Shown: in pieces, positions 1-6,489 of the stretch
Layout: each line of letters opens with the position of its first letter
Numbering within the stretch: the first letter of the stretch is position 1
Origin: a virus
Taxonomy: Duplodnaviria > Heunggongvirae > Uroviricota > Caudoviricetes
Virus record (IMG/VR): IMGVR_UViG_2802429237_000002
Location: 1 to 30,679 of that record
DNA: 30,679 nt
Reading direction: 5' to 3' (one strand)
Position numbers and translations under genes: made by a program
Notes under the pieces: generated by a model
Seen by the model: the letters and a program-made list of their open reading frames with translations, nothing else
Database searches by the model: none
What the model was told of the DNA's origin: nothing

Positions 1-231
1 TCAAGAGTGTTCGGAAATCAATCCTTTATCTTTGCAAAACTGAATAACTTCCTTGTAGCGAAAGAGGGCGCCGCCTTTCGGTGGGTGGATTTCTTCCACT
101 TCCCGAGGGAATGGTGTCCCTGATTGCTCCCACTGTTTACGCTTCCGGTAAAAAGTAGTTCTGGAGATACCACCAAGCATCTCCTGAACACGCTCGCGGT
201 TTATTAGAATCGGCTGAATATTGATTGTCAT
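1..231 (-). CDS. Putative excisionase / small HTH DNA-binding protein (Xis- or AlpA-like); integrase would lie left of the window
   Basis: 76-aa ORF at the extreme left of a leftward-transcribed prophage arm; basic N-terminal region (RTTFYRKRKQW) consistent with a small DNA-binding protein. Assignment is positional, not motif-proven. Confidence 0.4.
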   Translation of the reverse strand: MTINIQPILINRERVQEMLGGISRTTFYRKRKQWEQSGTPFPREVEEIHPPKGGALFRYKEVIQFCKDKGLISEHS

Positions 232-352
232 TTGTATGGTTTCTCCATAAAGAAATAAACCGTTCAGTGGCGGTTATTGTCGGTTGCGGTAGATCTGGCG
301 ATCTTGAGAAACTGTCAGGCCTCATCGAGTGTGAGGCTGTATGATTCCATAG

Positions 353-697
353 TTAGTCCTTGCGTAGTTCTCTGATTCTTCTGTAAGTCTCTGGTGCTTT
401 GTTTCCGTGTATCTTCATTTCAGACTTCAACAGAGCAACGAGGGAATCCCATTCGTTGAGGATGCCTTTGAATGCCGGAACGCGCTTTGCAACCTTGTCG
501 AATGAATCTCTGATTTCTGGAATCTGCTCAACAAGTGCAACGCATCGTCGGAAATCGGCTGCGTCATGTGGAGCGCCGAAGTGATGACCATAGATATTCT
601 TTTTCAGTCCACATGCGATTGAGGCAAGAGTTGCGCTACTGATGCCGACATCGCCAGTCGTTTGCCATTTCAAAATCTTCATAGCCAAATCTGACAT
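353..697 (-). CDS. Hypothetical protein (114 aa)
   Basis: Intact ORF with GGAGA Shine-Dalgarno-like sequence upstream of the ATG at 697; no family recognised. Confidence 0.5.
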   Translation of the reverse strand: MSDLAMKILKWQTTGDVGISSATLASIACGLKKNIYGHHFGAPHDAADFRRCVALVEQIPEIRDSFDKVAKRVPAFKGILNEWDSLVALLKSEMKIHGNKAPETYRRIRELRKD

Positions 698-841
698 TTC
701 TTGTCTCCATAAAACAAAACCCGCCGTAGCGAGTTCAGATAAAAGAAATCCCCGCGAGTGCGAGGATTGTTATTTATTGCCGATATTTACCTTTATCGCG
801 AATACCTTTACCGGTTTATCGCCGAAGTGCGGATGCTTCGT

Positions 842-1030
842 TTATATCAATCCCGCGTATTCTGACCGACGAATAAATAACTCTTCTCCGTTATGTATTG
901 CGACATAGCCGTAAACAGTTTTATGCATCACATCGAACTCATCCCATACGGAAACTCCACACTCTGCTAATGAGCAATTCAAATAATTCCCCGGGTGCTT
1001 GTCGGTGTTATTAATGAGGCGAATCCTCAT
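842..1030 (-). CDS. Hypothetical small protein (62 aa)
   Basis: ORF MRIRLINNTDKHPGNYLNCSLAECG..., same strand as neighbours; no family recognised. Confidence 0.4.
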   Translation of the reverse strand: MRIRLINNTDKHPGNYLNCSLAECGVSVWDEFDVMHKTVYGYVAIHNGEELFIRRSEYAGLI

Positions 1031-1268
1031 ATCTTATTCACTTTTGGCTGCAAGGTGTAGCCACCACGGTAAGCTCCATCAGCATGGGCGAATTCATATA
1101 CCTGTACACTATTACGATGTAGAAATAAAACATGCATATTTTTGATAGACTATGTCAATGATTTTTTAAATATTTATTGTCTTATCAAGAATGTCTGTAA
1201 TACCCCGATTAACCCGTCACATATAAACAATTTATAAAAATTTTCTTAACGCTATCACATTATTTAAT

Positions 1269-1568
1269 TTACCTTTCCCGATAGGTATATAGTTCATCAT
1301 GTGCAACCTTGCGATTGCGATGTATTCCCATTTCTTTCTCTACGCGTATTGCTGCATTGCGTAATGCTCTTGAGGTCGCGACTTCTCTTGAACTTACATT
1401 TTTTAATGTAGCCGATTTAATGCAACGTTGAATTTGCCTCTGGATATACATCCGCTGGTCTGTCTGAGTCTCCTGACGATAATCCATCAGCACATCTTGC
1501 CAGCGAGCCGCAGCTCTGCGCCAAAGCCCTTTATTTTCAAGTTCTTCAGCTTTTTTATCTTTAACCAT
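1269..1568 (-). CDS. PerC-family-like transcriptional regulator (99 aa from the internal ATG)
   Basis: Motif EELENKGLWRRAAARWQDVL resembles the PerC/Pch signature as I recall it; ATG at 1568 preceded by AGGAG RBS (track ORF begins at an upstream GTG, 1583); sits in an AT-rich island. Confidence 0.45.
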   Translation of the reverse strand: MVKDKKAEELENKGLWRRAAARWQDVLMDYRQETQTDQRMYIQRQIQRCIKSATLKNVSSREVATSRALRNAAIRVEKEMGIHRNRKVAHDELYTYRER

Positions 1569-1594
1569 ACAGTCTCCTATCACACTAAATATTA

Positions 1595-1630
1595 AATAAT
1601 AACTATCAGGTTTATCAGATAGTTATTATT
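1595..1630. promoter_or_regulatory. Perfect 13-bp inverted repeat (AATAATAACTATC / GATAGTTATTATT) with a 10-bp spacer, in a divergent intergenic region
   Basis: Read directly: arms at 1595-1607 and 1618-1630; lies about 27 bp upstream of the PerC-like start and 37 bp upstream of the 1667 ORF; candidate operator. Confidence 0.5.
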
Positions 1631-1666
1631 ACAGTTAAGTATAGGGGGCGGTAATAATAATCTAAG

Positions 1667-1972
1667 ATGGTGGTGAAATTCAAGCCAGATGCCGTTATGC
1701 AACTCAACAGAAATAAGCTGTTGCTTTTTATCTCACTATTCATTTGTCTCATTCCCAGCTATACTCATTGTTCACACAACACAAAAGGCATAGAAATGAC
1801 AGTGTATGGCATATCAGAAAACAGTATTGTTCACTTACGTGAAAAAAATGGAGAATGGCTTGTGTTGCACATTATTAAAAATGGCGACATTACATATCAC
1901 CTCAAAAAAACAGATACAGATACAGACAAAGAAATGAACGTCACACTTCAGGATATTATCCCCAATAAATAA
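1667..1972 (+). CDS. Hypothetical exported or membrane protein (signal-peptide-like N-terminus)
   Basis: N-terminal region MQLNRNKLLLFISLFICLIPSYTHC has a charged n-region and hydrophobic core; very AT-rich codon usage suggests a laterally acquired moron; weak RBS, start uncertain (1667 or 1697). Confidence 0.4.
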   Translation: MVVKFKPDAVMQLNRNKLLLFISLFICLIPSYTHCSHNTKGIEMTVYGISENSIVHLREKNGEWLVLHIIKNGDITYHLKKTDTDTDKEMNVTLQDIIPNK

Positions 1973-2101
1973 TCAAATGAGCGTGGCGCACGATGCCCCG
2001 CGCTATTCTACTTATCACCCCAGCGGCAAATCGAAAACACAACCAGTGCTACCGCCATTGCAATTCCTACCGTTGCGAATGCTTCAGGCCAGCTCATTGA
2101 C

Positions 2102-2287
2102 TCACCTCCTGCAGCGGTTCTGGCAGCGACATCCAATTGATTGCATCGCATTCAGATATTTGTTGTCATTAACAGAACCGAAACTCTCTCGCTTAAGTAA
2201 TTCCTCTCTCGATGGCATTGGCTTTACGCGTTGGCGAATAATCATTTCTGCCGGAAGAATGCCGGGATTGTATGCAAGTCCTCTCAT
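2102..2287 (-). CDS. Hypothetical small protein (61 aa)
   Basis: ATG at 2287 preceded by GAGGAA RBS; lies just downstream of the stop of the 97-aa gene; Cys-rich C-terminus (CRCQNRC). Confidence 0.35.
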   Translation of the reverse strand: MRGLAYNPGILPAEMIIRQRVKPMPSREELLKRESFGSVNDNKYLNAMQSIGCRCQNRCRR

Positions 2288-2297
2288 GGTAAATTCC

Positions 2298-2591
2298 TCA
2301 GTCATTACTGATAGCACCATAGCGTGAGCGGTAATTACGCAGGCGCGGGTCAATTTCAGGGAAGTGGGTATATGTGGCTTTGCGGAATGGTCGGATTGAT
2401 GTCTGGTAAATTCGCTCGCGTTCTTCTTTCTCTGCAAGCCATATACAATGGCGAAATTCCTTTTCCTCTTTCGTTTCCTGCGGTAGCGACATTATCAGGT
2501 CGTAGTTTTTTCTGAATTTATCCAGCACCTCCAATACGGAATTGCCGGAACAGCGGCGCGCGTCGTCCGCACCATATAGAGGCGCTGGCAT
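2298..2591 (-). CDS. Hypothetical protein (97 aa)
   Basis: ATG at 2591 preceded by AGGAG RBS; follows the exonuclease gene on the same strand. Confidence 0.5.
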   Translation of the reverse strand: MPAPLYGADDARRCSGNSVLEVLDKFRKNYDLIMSLPQETKEEKEFRHCIWLAEKEERERIYQTSIRPFRKATYTHFPEIDPRLRNYRSRYGAISND

Positions 2592-2607
2592 GGTTTTCTC
2601 CTGTTGA

Positions 2608-3156
2608 TTATTTAGCTAACTTTTTCCAGATCGCTGAAACGTATTTGGCTTGGTGAATGGCATCATCAAGCGCGTTGTGGCGAGTTCCTTTGAATGGCAT
2701 ATCTCGCTTAGGGTCGAATCCTATTACCTTCCCAAGTTCGACGATTGTTCTTACGTCGCGGTCATTCCACCACTGCCACGGAACTGGCTGCCCTGTCAGC
2801 GAATAACTGTTGCGGAGAATAACGCAGTCAAATGATGCTCCATTCCCCCAAACCTGAACGAGTTTGTGGTTGGCGTTCTTTATGATGAATTCAGATAACC
2901 ATGAAAGAGCCGTTGAAAGCTCTTGAGTGTTGCTGGTTAGCGATTTTCTGGCTTCTTCACTCTGTTCCATCCACCATAAAATCGTTGAAGCGTCAGGACG
3001 TGCCCGATATCGCATTGATGACTCAAGCGAGATATTTACCGAGAACTCTTCTCCTGTTTCTCCGGTATTCGGGTCAAAGAATACCGCCCCAATAGAAATA
3101 ACTGGCGCGTATGGCCCGTTGCCCATTGTTTCAAGGTCAACCATTAAGTGATTCAT
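2608..3156 (-). CDS. DEDDh (DnaQ-like) 3'-5' exonuclease
   Basis: Exo I motif VDLETMG near the N-terminus and H-x4-D motif (HNALDDA) near the C-terminus; AAGGA RBS; part of the recombination module. Confidence 0.8.
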   Translation of the reverse strand: MNHLMVDLETMGNGPYAPVISIGAVFFDPNTGETGEEFSVNISLESSMRYRARPDASTILWWMEQSEEARKSLTSNTQELSTALSWLSEFIIKNANHKLVQVWGNGASFDCVILRNSYSLTGQPVPWQWWNDRDVRTIVELGKVIGFDPKRDMPFKGTRHNALDDAIHQAKYVSAIWKKLAK

Positions 3157-3164
3157 GTAAGTCC

Positions 3165-3680
3165 TTAAATTGCGTGAATAGCGTGACGAGGGAAGGGGAG
3201 AGTTACTGGTGCAAAGGGGATATCGTCGTCAAAATCCATAGGTGGTTCGCTGTGATTCCCTTGCTGCTGAGGTTGCTGTCTTTGTTGCTGACCGTTATTT
3301 CGCTGAGGTGAAGACTGTTCATTGCCTCCTTGCTTGCCACCAAGCATTTGCATGGTTCCACCAACGCCCACGATGACTTCGGTAGTGAACCGATCCTGTC
3401 CGCTTTGATCCTGCCATTTTCTTGTCCGCAATTTGCCTTCAAGATAAACCTCAGAGCCTTTTCGCAGATATTCGCTGGCAATTTCTGCCAGTTTCCCGCT
3501 CATTACCACACGGTGCCACTCCGTCTGCTCCTTTTGCTCTCCAGTTTGCTTATCACGCCATTGTTCTGACGTAGCAACGGTAAGGTTTGCAAATGCCGTT
3601 CCTGATGGTGAATATCTGATTTCTGGATCATGCCCAAGGCGACCAATAATGATCACCTTATTTACGCCTCTGCTTGCCAT
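3165..3680 (-). CDS. ssb: Single-stranded DNA-binding protein (SSB) with a C-terminal extension beyond the acidic tip
   Basis: OB-fold N-terminus ([21 protein letters not shown]...), Gly/Gln-rich linker and acidic [10 protein letters not shown] motif, followed by 15 extra residues ([15 protein letters not shown]) before the stop. Confidence 0.9.
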   Translation of the reverse strand: MASRGVNKVIIIGRLGHDPEIRYSPSGTAFANLTVATSEQWRDKQTGEQKEQTEWHRVVMSGKLAEIASEYLRKGSEVYLEGKLRTRKWQDQSGQDRFTTEVIVGVGGTMQMLGGKQGGNEQSSPQRNNGQQQRQQPQQQGNHSEPPMDFDDDIPFAPVTLPFPRHAIHAI

Positions 3681-4388
3681 TTATGCCGCCTGTTTTAGTT
3701 CGTTAACTCTGATGTTCATTACCTGAACGCATTTAGCCTGCGCCTCCTCGTTGCCAGCCATTAATTGCCAGTCACGCTGATAACGCTCGATGAGTTTTTT
3801 CTTGTCAGTTTCTGTTGACGCATAATCGCTGAAGTCTTTCAGGATTTGTTCGCAGTCAACCGATGGAGATTTCTGGTTGGTATTTTCTGGTGATGGTTTG
3901 TTATCTGATGCTGGGATTGCCCATCCCGGCAGCGATGGAGGGAGCCAGTAAAATCCTGTTCCATCCTTCAGTTTTGCCCTGTGCCACCCCTGCTTTTTAT
4001 CGAGAGATGTTTGTGCGAAACCTTCCTCAAGGTTATACAGATACCGACCGATTCCCCACTGAACGGCAGCACGCTTCATTGCACCGGAACGACCACCTTT
4101 GACGGCTTCTACCTGCGTGTTTTCAGCAGCATCCCATTTGGTTACCCATTCGGAATCAATCTTGATTGATATGCCGCATTCAACTCCGCCGTTGTTGGGA
4201 ATATCGCGGTATTCATTGCGCCATCCTGCTTTGCCGCAAACATCGTCCAGGCGTTTCATGATTGCCCTGTTCGTGACATAAGCCAGCACCATAGCCCACA
4301 CTTTTCCATCGCGTGTTTTACCGCTTTGCTGTATTCGCCATTCGATATCTTCAGGGCTGAATGGCTCATCGAATTTATTCAAATCCAT
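3681..4388 (-). CDS. Rad52/Rad22-family single-strand annealing protein (SSAP)
   Basis: Blocks VLAYVTNRAIMKRLDDVCGKAGWRNEYRDI and GGRSGAMKRAAVQWGIGRYLY resemble Rad52 N-terminal-domain motifs; GAGGTGA RBS; sits between the ssb and kil/cIII-like genes. Confidence 0.7.
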   Translation of the reverse strand: MDLNKFDEPFSPEDIEWRIQQSGKTRDGKVWAMVLAYVTNRAIMKRLDDVCGKAGWRNEYRDIPNNGGVECGISIKIDSEWVTKWDAAENTQVEAVKGGRSGAMKRAAVQWGIGRYLYNLEEGFAQTSLDKKQGWHRAKLKDGTGFYWLPPSLPGWAIPASDNKPSPENTNQKSPSVDCEQILKDFSDYASTETDKKKLIERYQRDWQLMAGNEEAQAKCVQVMNIRVNELKQAA

Positions 4389-4396
4389 AATTCACC

Positions 4397-4567
4397 TCAG
4401 AATGGACATGGCCCAAGGAAATAACGCTGGTTTAATACTTCGACTCGGGACAAATTAAGGCATACCCGCATTCCTTCGCGGTCACCATTATGGCGATACC
4501 AGAGAGCTTTCTGCGTGTACATGCGTCTCTGTAACTTGCTCTCCTTCACTGTGGTTGCAAGTGACAT
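4397..4567 (-). CDS. Hypothetical small protein (56 aa)
   Basis: Hand-translated MSLATTVKESKLQRRMYTQKALWYRHNGDREGMRVCLNLSRVEVLNQRYFLGPCPF; strong RBS GAAGGAGATAT 6 nt before the ATG; not in the supplied track (under 60 aa). Confidence 0.35.
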   Translation of the reverse strand: MSLATTVKESKLQRRMYTQKALWYRHNGDREGMRVCLNLSRVEVLNQRYFLGPCPF

Positions 4568-4646
4568 GAATATCTCCTTCGTTACCGATTAATTCTTTCA
4601 TCTGACGAATGAATTCTTCGTCTGACCAGTTATCTGTAAAGCTCAT
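4488..4646 (-). CDS. Hypothetical small protein (52 aa), alternative frame overlapping 4397..4567
   Basis: Hand-translated MSFTDNWSDEEFIRQMKELIGNEGDIHV...; its ATG overlaps the stop of the Kil-like ORF (ATGA); overlaps the 56-aa ORF by about 80 nt out of frame, so at most one may be real. Confidence 0.3.
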   Translation of the reverse strand: MSFTDNWSDEEFIRQMKELIGNEGDIHVTCNHSEGEQVTETHVHAESSLVSP

Positions 4647-4795
4647 TTCCTGCGATACCATGGAAGGTTGATAGCTGATTTCATCGCTTTATTTGCTTCA
4701 AGCCACATTTTTGAATCACCAATAAATCTGGCTATTACTGCTTTGTTCTGTGCAGCACGAAGCATCTGGTGATTAATGGCTATTTCATTGCGCAT
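4643..4795 (-). CDS. kil: Kil-like small protein (50 aa; candidate cell-division inhibitor)
   Basis: Hand-translated MRNEIAINHQMLRAAQNKAVIARFIGDSKMWLEANKAMKSAINLPWYRRK; GGAGG RBS; FIGDxKM motif and position directly downstream of the cIII-like gene match lambda kil as recalled. Confidence 0.45.
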   Translation of the reverse strand: MRNEIAINHQMLRAAQNKAVIARFIGDSKMWLEANKAMKSAINLPWYRRK

Positions 4796-4914
4796 AACGC
4801 CTCCAGTTGTTTCTTTGCTGTTCTGATTAATTGTTTAACTCGGCGTGATAATTCAGATTCGTGCGGGTAGAAAGCGGACATGACGCCGCTACCCGCGAGC
4901 TGAAAGTGCATCAT
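4780..4914 (-). CDS. cIII: cIII-like peptide (44 aa; candidate FtsH inhibitor)
   Basis: Hand-translated MMHFQLAGSGVMSAFYPHESELSRRVKQLIRTAKKQLEALCAMK; AGGAG RBS; amphipathic core aligns with lambda CIII (SESLLERITRKLRDGWKRLIDIL) as recalled. Confidence 0.5.
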   Translation of the reverse strand: MMHFQLAGSGVMSAFYPHESELSRRVKQLIRTAKKQLEALCAMK

Positions 4915-4997
4915 GGGTAACTCCTTCTGTTTGATTGCATAACGAAAACGCCTCGAGTGAAGCGTTATTGGTATGCGGTAAAGCCGCGCTTGGCGGC

Positions 4998-5414
4998 TTA
5001 TTTGAAAACTTCTATGAAATCAAGAACTGATGATATTTCGTGGTTGAATGATTTTCTTTTATATCTTTCTATCGCAGAATCTACCTGGTGTTTATAGTCA
5101 TCGTCGTTGGAGTATTTAACGAAGCATTCTATTGTCTCAGGCGTTACAGCTATAAGGCTCCACCAACCTTCATCAGATTGATATTCAAATCCCATGCTTT
5201 CAAGCCATCCAGCATATTTCCCTCCAGCATCTTGCCAGTGTGTCTTTTCTGCAAGGAAGCTGTTAACCGTCATATGTGCATCAAGGCATTTATCCAACTG
5301 TTTACCATTAAGTAGCCATGCGCTGACAGTTGCACATCCCAAATCAACCGATTTAGTAGAGATATTGAATTGGTCGTAATTATCTGGATTAACCAGAATA
5401 TCTGTAATTTTCAT
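4998..5414 (-). CDS. Hypothetical protein (138 aa), orphan in the early-left accessory slot
   Basis: ATG at 5414 (MKITDILVNPDNYDQF...) preceded by GGAGG RBS; net acidic and Trp-rich; no family recognised; directly downstream of an intrinsic terminator. Confidence 0.6.
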   Translation of the reverse strand: MKITDILVNPDNYDQFNISTKSVDLGCATVSAWLLNGKQLDKCLDAHMTVNSFLAEKTHWQDAGGKYAGWLESMGFEYQSDEGWWSLIAVTPETIECFVKYSNDDDYKHQVDSAIERYKRKSFNHEISSVLDFIEVFK

Positions 5415-5426
5415 AATTCCTCCGTC

Positions 5427-5453
5427 AAAAAAAACGCCCTCACATTGGAGGGC
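5427..5453 (-). terminator. Rho-independent terminator (tL-type) inside the leftward early operon
   Basis: Minus strand reads GCCCUC-CAAUGU-GAGGGC followed by G and eight U (plus-strand A-run 5427-5434, stem arms 5436-5441 and 5448-5453). Confidence 0.6.
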
Positions 5454-5589
5454 AAAGAAGATTTCCAATAATCAGAACAAGTCGGCTCCTGTTTAGTTAC
5501 GAGCGACATTGCTCCGTGTATTCACTCGTTGGAATGAATACACAGTGCAGTGTTTATTCTGTTGTTTATGCCAAAAAAAAAGGCCACCA

Positions 5590-5790
5590 TCAGGCAGCCT
5601 TGTTATTCTGTTTACCAAGCTCTCTGGCAATCATTGCCGTAGTTCGTATTGCCCATTTATCGACATATTTCCCATCCTCCATTACAGGAAACATTTCTTC
5701 AGGCTTAACCATGCATTCCGATTGCAGCTTGCATCCATTGCATCGCTTGAATTGTCCACACCATTGATTCTTATCAATAGTCGTAGTCAT
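5590..5790 (-). CDS. Hypothetical small Cys-rich protein (66 aa; possible zinc-binding)
   Basis: Four Cys in CGQFKRCNGCKLQSEC; ATG overlaps the 3' end of the upstream 28-codon ORF. Confidence 0.5.
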   Translation of the reverse strand: MTTTIDKNQWCGQFKRCNGCKLQSECMVKPEEMFPVMEDGKYVDKWAIRTTAMIARELGKQNNKAA

Positions 5791-5860
5791 ACGGATAGTC
5801 CTGGTATTGTTCCATCACATCCTGCGGATGCTCTTCGAACTCTTCAAATTCTTCTTCCAT
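5774..5860 (-). CDS. Putative highly acidic micro-ORF (28 aa)
   Basis: Hand-translated MEEEFEEFEEHPQDVMEQYQDYPYDYDY; GAGGTGA RBS that incorporates the TGA stop of N; overlaps the next gene's start by 17 nt. Not in track (too short). Confidence 0.3.
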   Translation of the reverse strand: MEEEFEEFEEHPQDVMEQYQDYPYDYDY

Positions 5861-5868
5861 ATCTCACC

Positions 5869-6168
5869 TCAAATAAGTGGTTTGCTGCCTAATTTCATTT
5901 TCTGGCGACCGACACAAGTCACACCCATTTCACTGCGTGGCTTGCTGTAGTAAATACGGTTCTGTTTACGCTCGACTTCATCTGCCTTCTTGCAGAGAAG
6001 GCTGCCAAGTGATGCTGCTTTGTCTGCTCTGACGCAACCAGAGAGCTTTAGCGCAATCTTCCGCGCCAGTCGCTGTTCTTTCATTGCTTGTTCACGTTGA
6101 GCCTGTCTGCGTGCTCTGCGGCGATTTCTGGCGTTATCGTCAGCCAGATATGTAATGACTACTGTCAT
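5869..6168 (-). CDS. N: N-type transcription antiterminator
   Basis: Arginine-rich motif NARNRRRARRQAQREQ near the N-terminus; C-terminal two-thirds resembles phage 21 N as recalled; GGAGG RBS; located between nutL/pL and the early-left genes. Confidence 0.75.
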   Translation of the reverse strand: MTVVITYLADDNARNRRRARRQAQREQAMKEQRLARKIALKLSGCVRADKAASLGSLLCKKADEVERKQNRIYYSKPRSEMGVTCVGRQKMKLGSKPLI

Positions 6169-6283
6169 GTTGACCTCCGATGATTGACTTTAGCGGTGAC
6201 GTGACGGGGGGGAGGGAGGTTAACTCCCTGATGCTGTCGCGCTGCTGCACTTCACATCACCCCAAAGCCAACTACTCTTTGGT

Positions 6284-6324
6284 TCCCGCATTTCGGCGGG
6301 ACAATCCCATCAATGTTAAAGAGC
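6284..6324 (-). promoter_or_regulatory. nutL: boxA (GCTCTTTAACA) plus boxB hairpin (UCCCGC-CGAAAU-GCGGGA)
   Basis: On the minus strand boxA (plus 6314-6324) is followed 12 nt later by the hairpin (plus 6284-6301); the same boxB occurs in nutR. Confidence 0.6.
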
Positions 6325-6371
6325 CTGCCAATCTGTTCCGTTTGGCTACCAGCGTCCTGCTGATGGCTTAA

Positions 6372-6454
6372 ATTTAAGATTTCTTTAATTAATGATCAAG
6401 GGTATTTTTGAAGAAAACTTAAATTTTATTGTGGCGCTTAAGTTTTGCTTTGAT
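6372..6454 (-). promoter_or_regulatory. OL operator cluster and pL promoter region
   Basis: Three 18-bp pseudo-palindromes matching the OR operators: ATTTAAGATTTCTTTAAT (6372-6389), 6407-6424 and 6437-6454; candidate -35 TTGATC on the minus strand at 6394-6399. Confidence 0.5.
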
Positions 6455-6460
6455 TTTTAA

Positions 6461-6489
6461 AGGAAAGAAAAAAGGGGCGAATGCCCCTT
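6461..6489 (-). terminator. Putative terminator at the 3' end of the repressor gene
   Basis: 7-bp stem AAGGGGC/GCCCCTT (6472-6478 and 6483-6489) with a 4-nt loop, followed on the minus strand by a U-rich tract; overlaps the repressor stop codon. Confidence 0.45.

Noticed and set aside
1977-2327. 116-aa plus-strand ORF
   Set aside because: Overlaps two minus-strand genes that have RBSs and translational coupling; no RBS of its own.
2102-2437. Full 111-aa minus-strand ORF as a single gene
   Set aside because: Its N-terminal half overlaps the 97-aa gene out of frame; an internal ATG at 2287 with a GAGGAA RBS just after that gene's stop gives a more parsimonious 61-aa coupled gene.
5455-5590. 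Possible 32-codon minus-strand ORF (MSLVTKQEPTCSDYWKSSLPSNVRAFFLTEEL) or small RNA between the Cys-rich gene and the terminator
   Set aside because: The only RBS-like sequence is 2 nt from the ATG and the ORF runs through the terminator hairpin; no promoter is evident, so an sRNA is unsupported.
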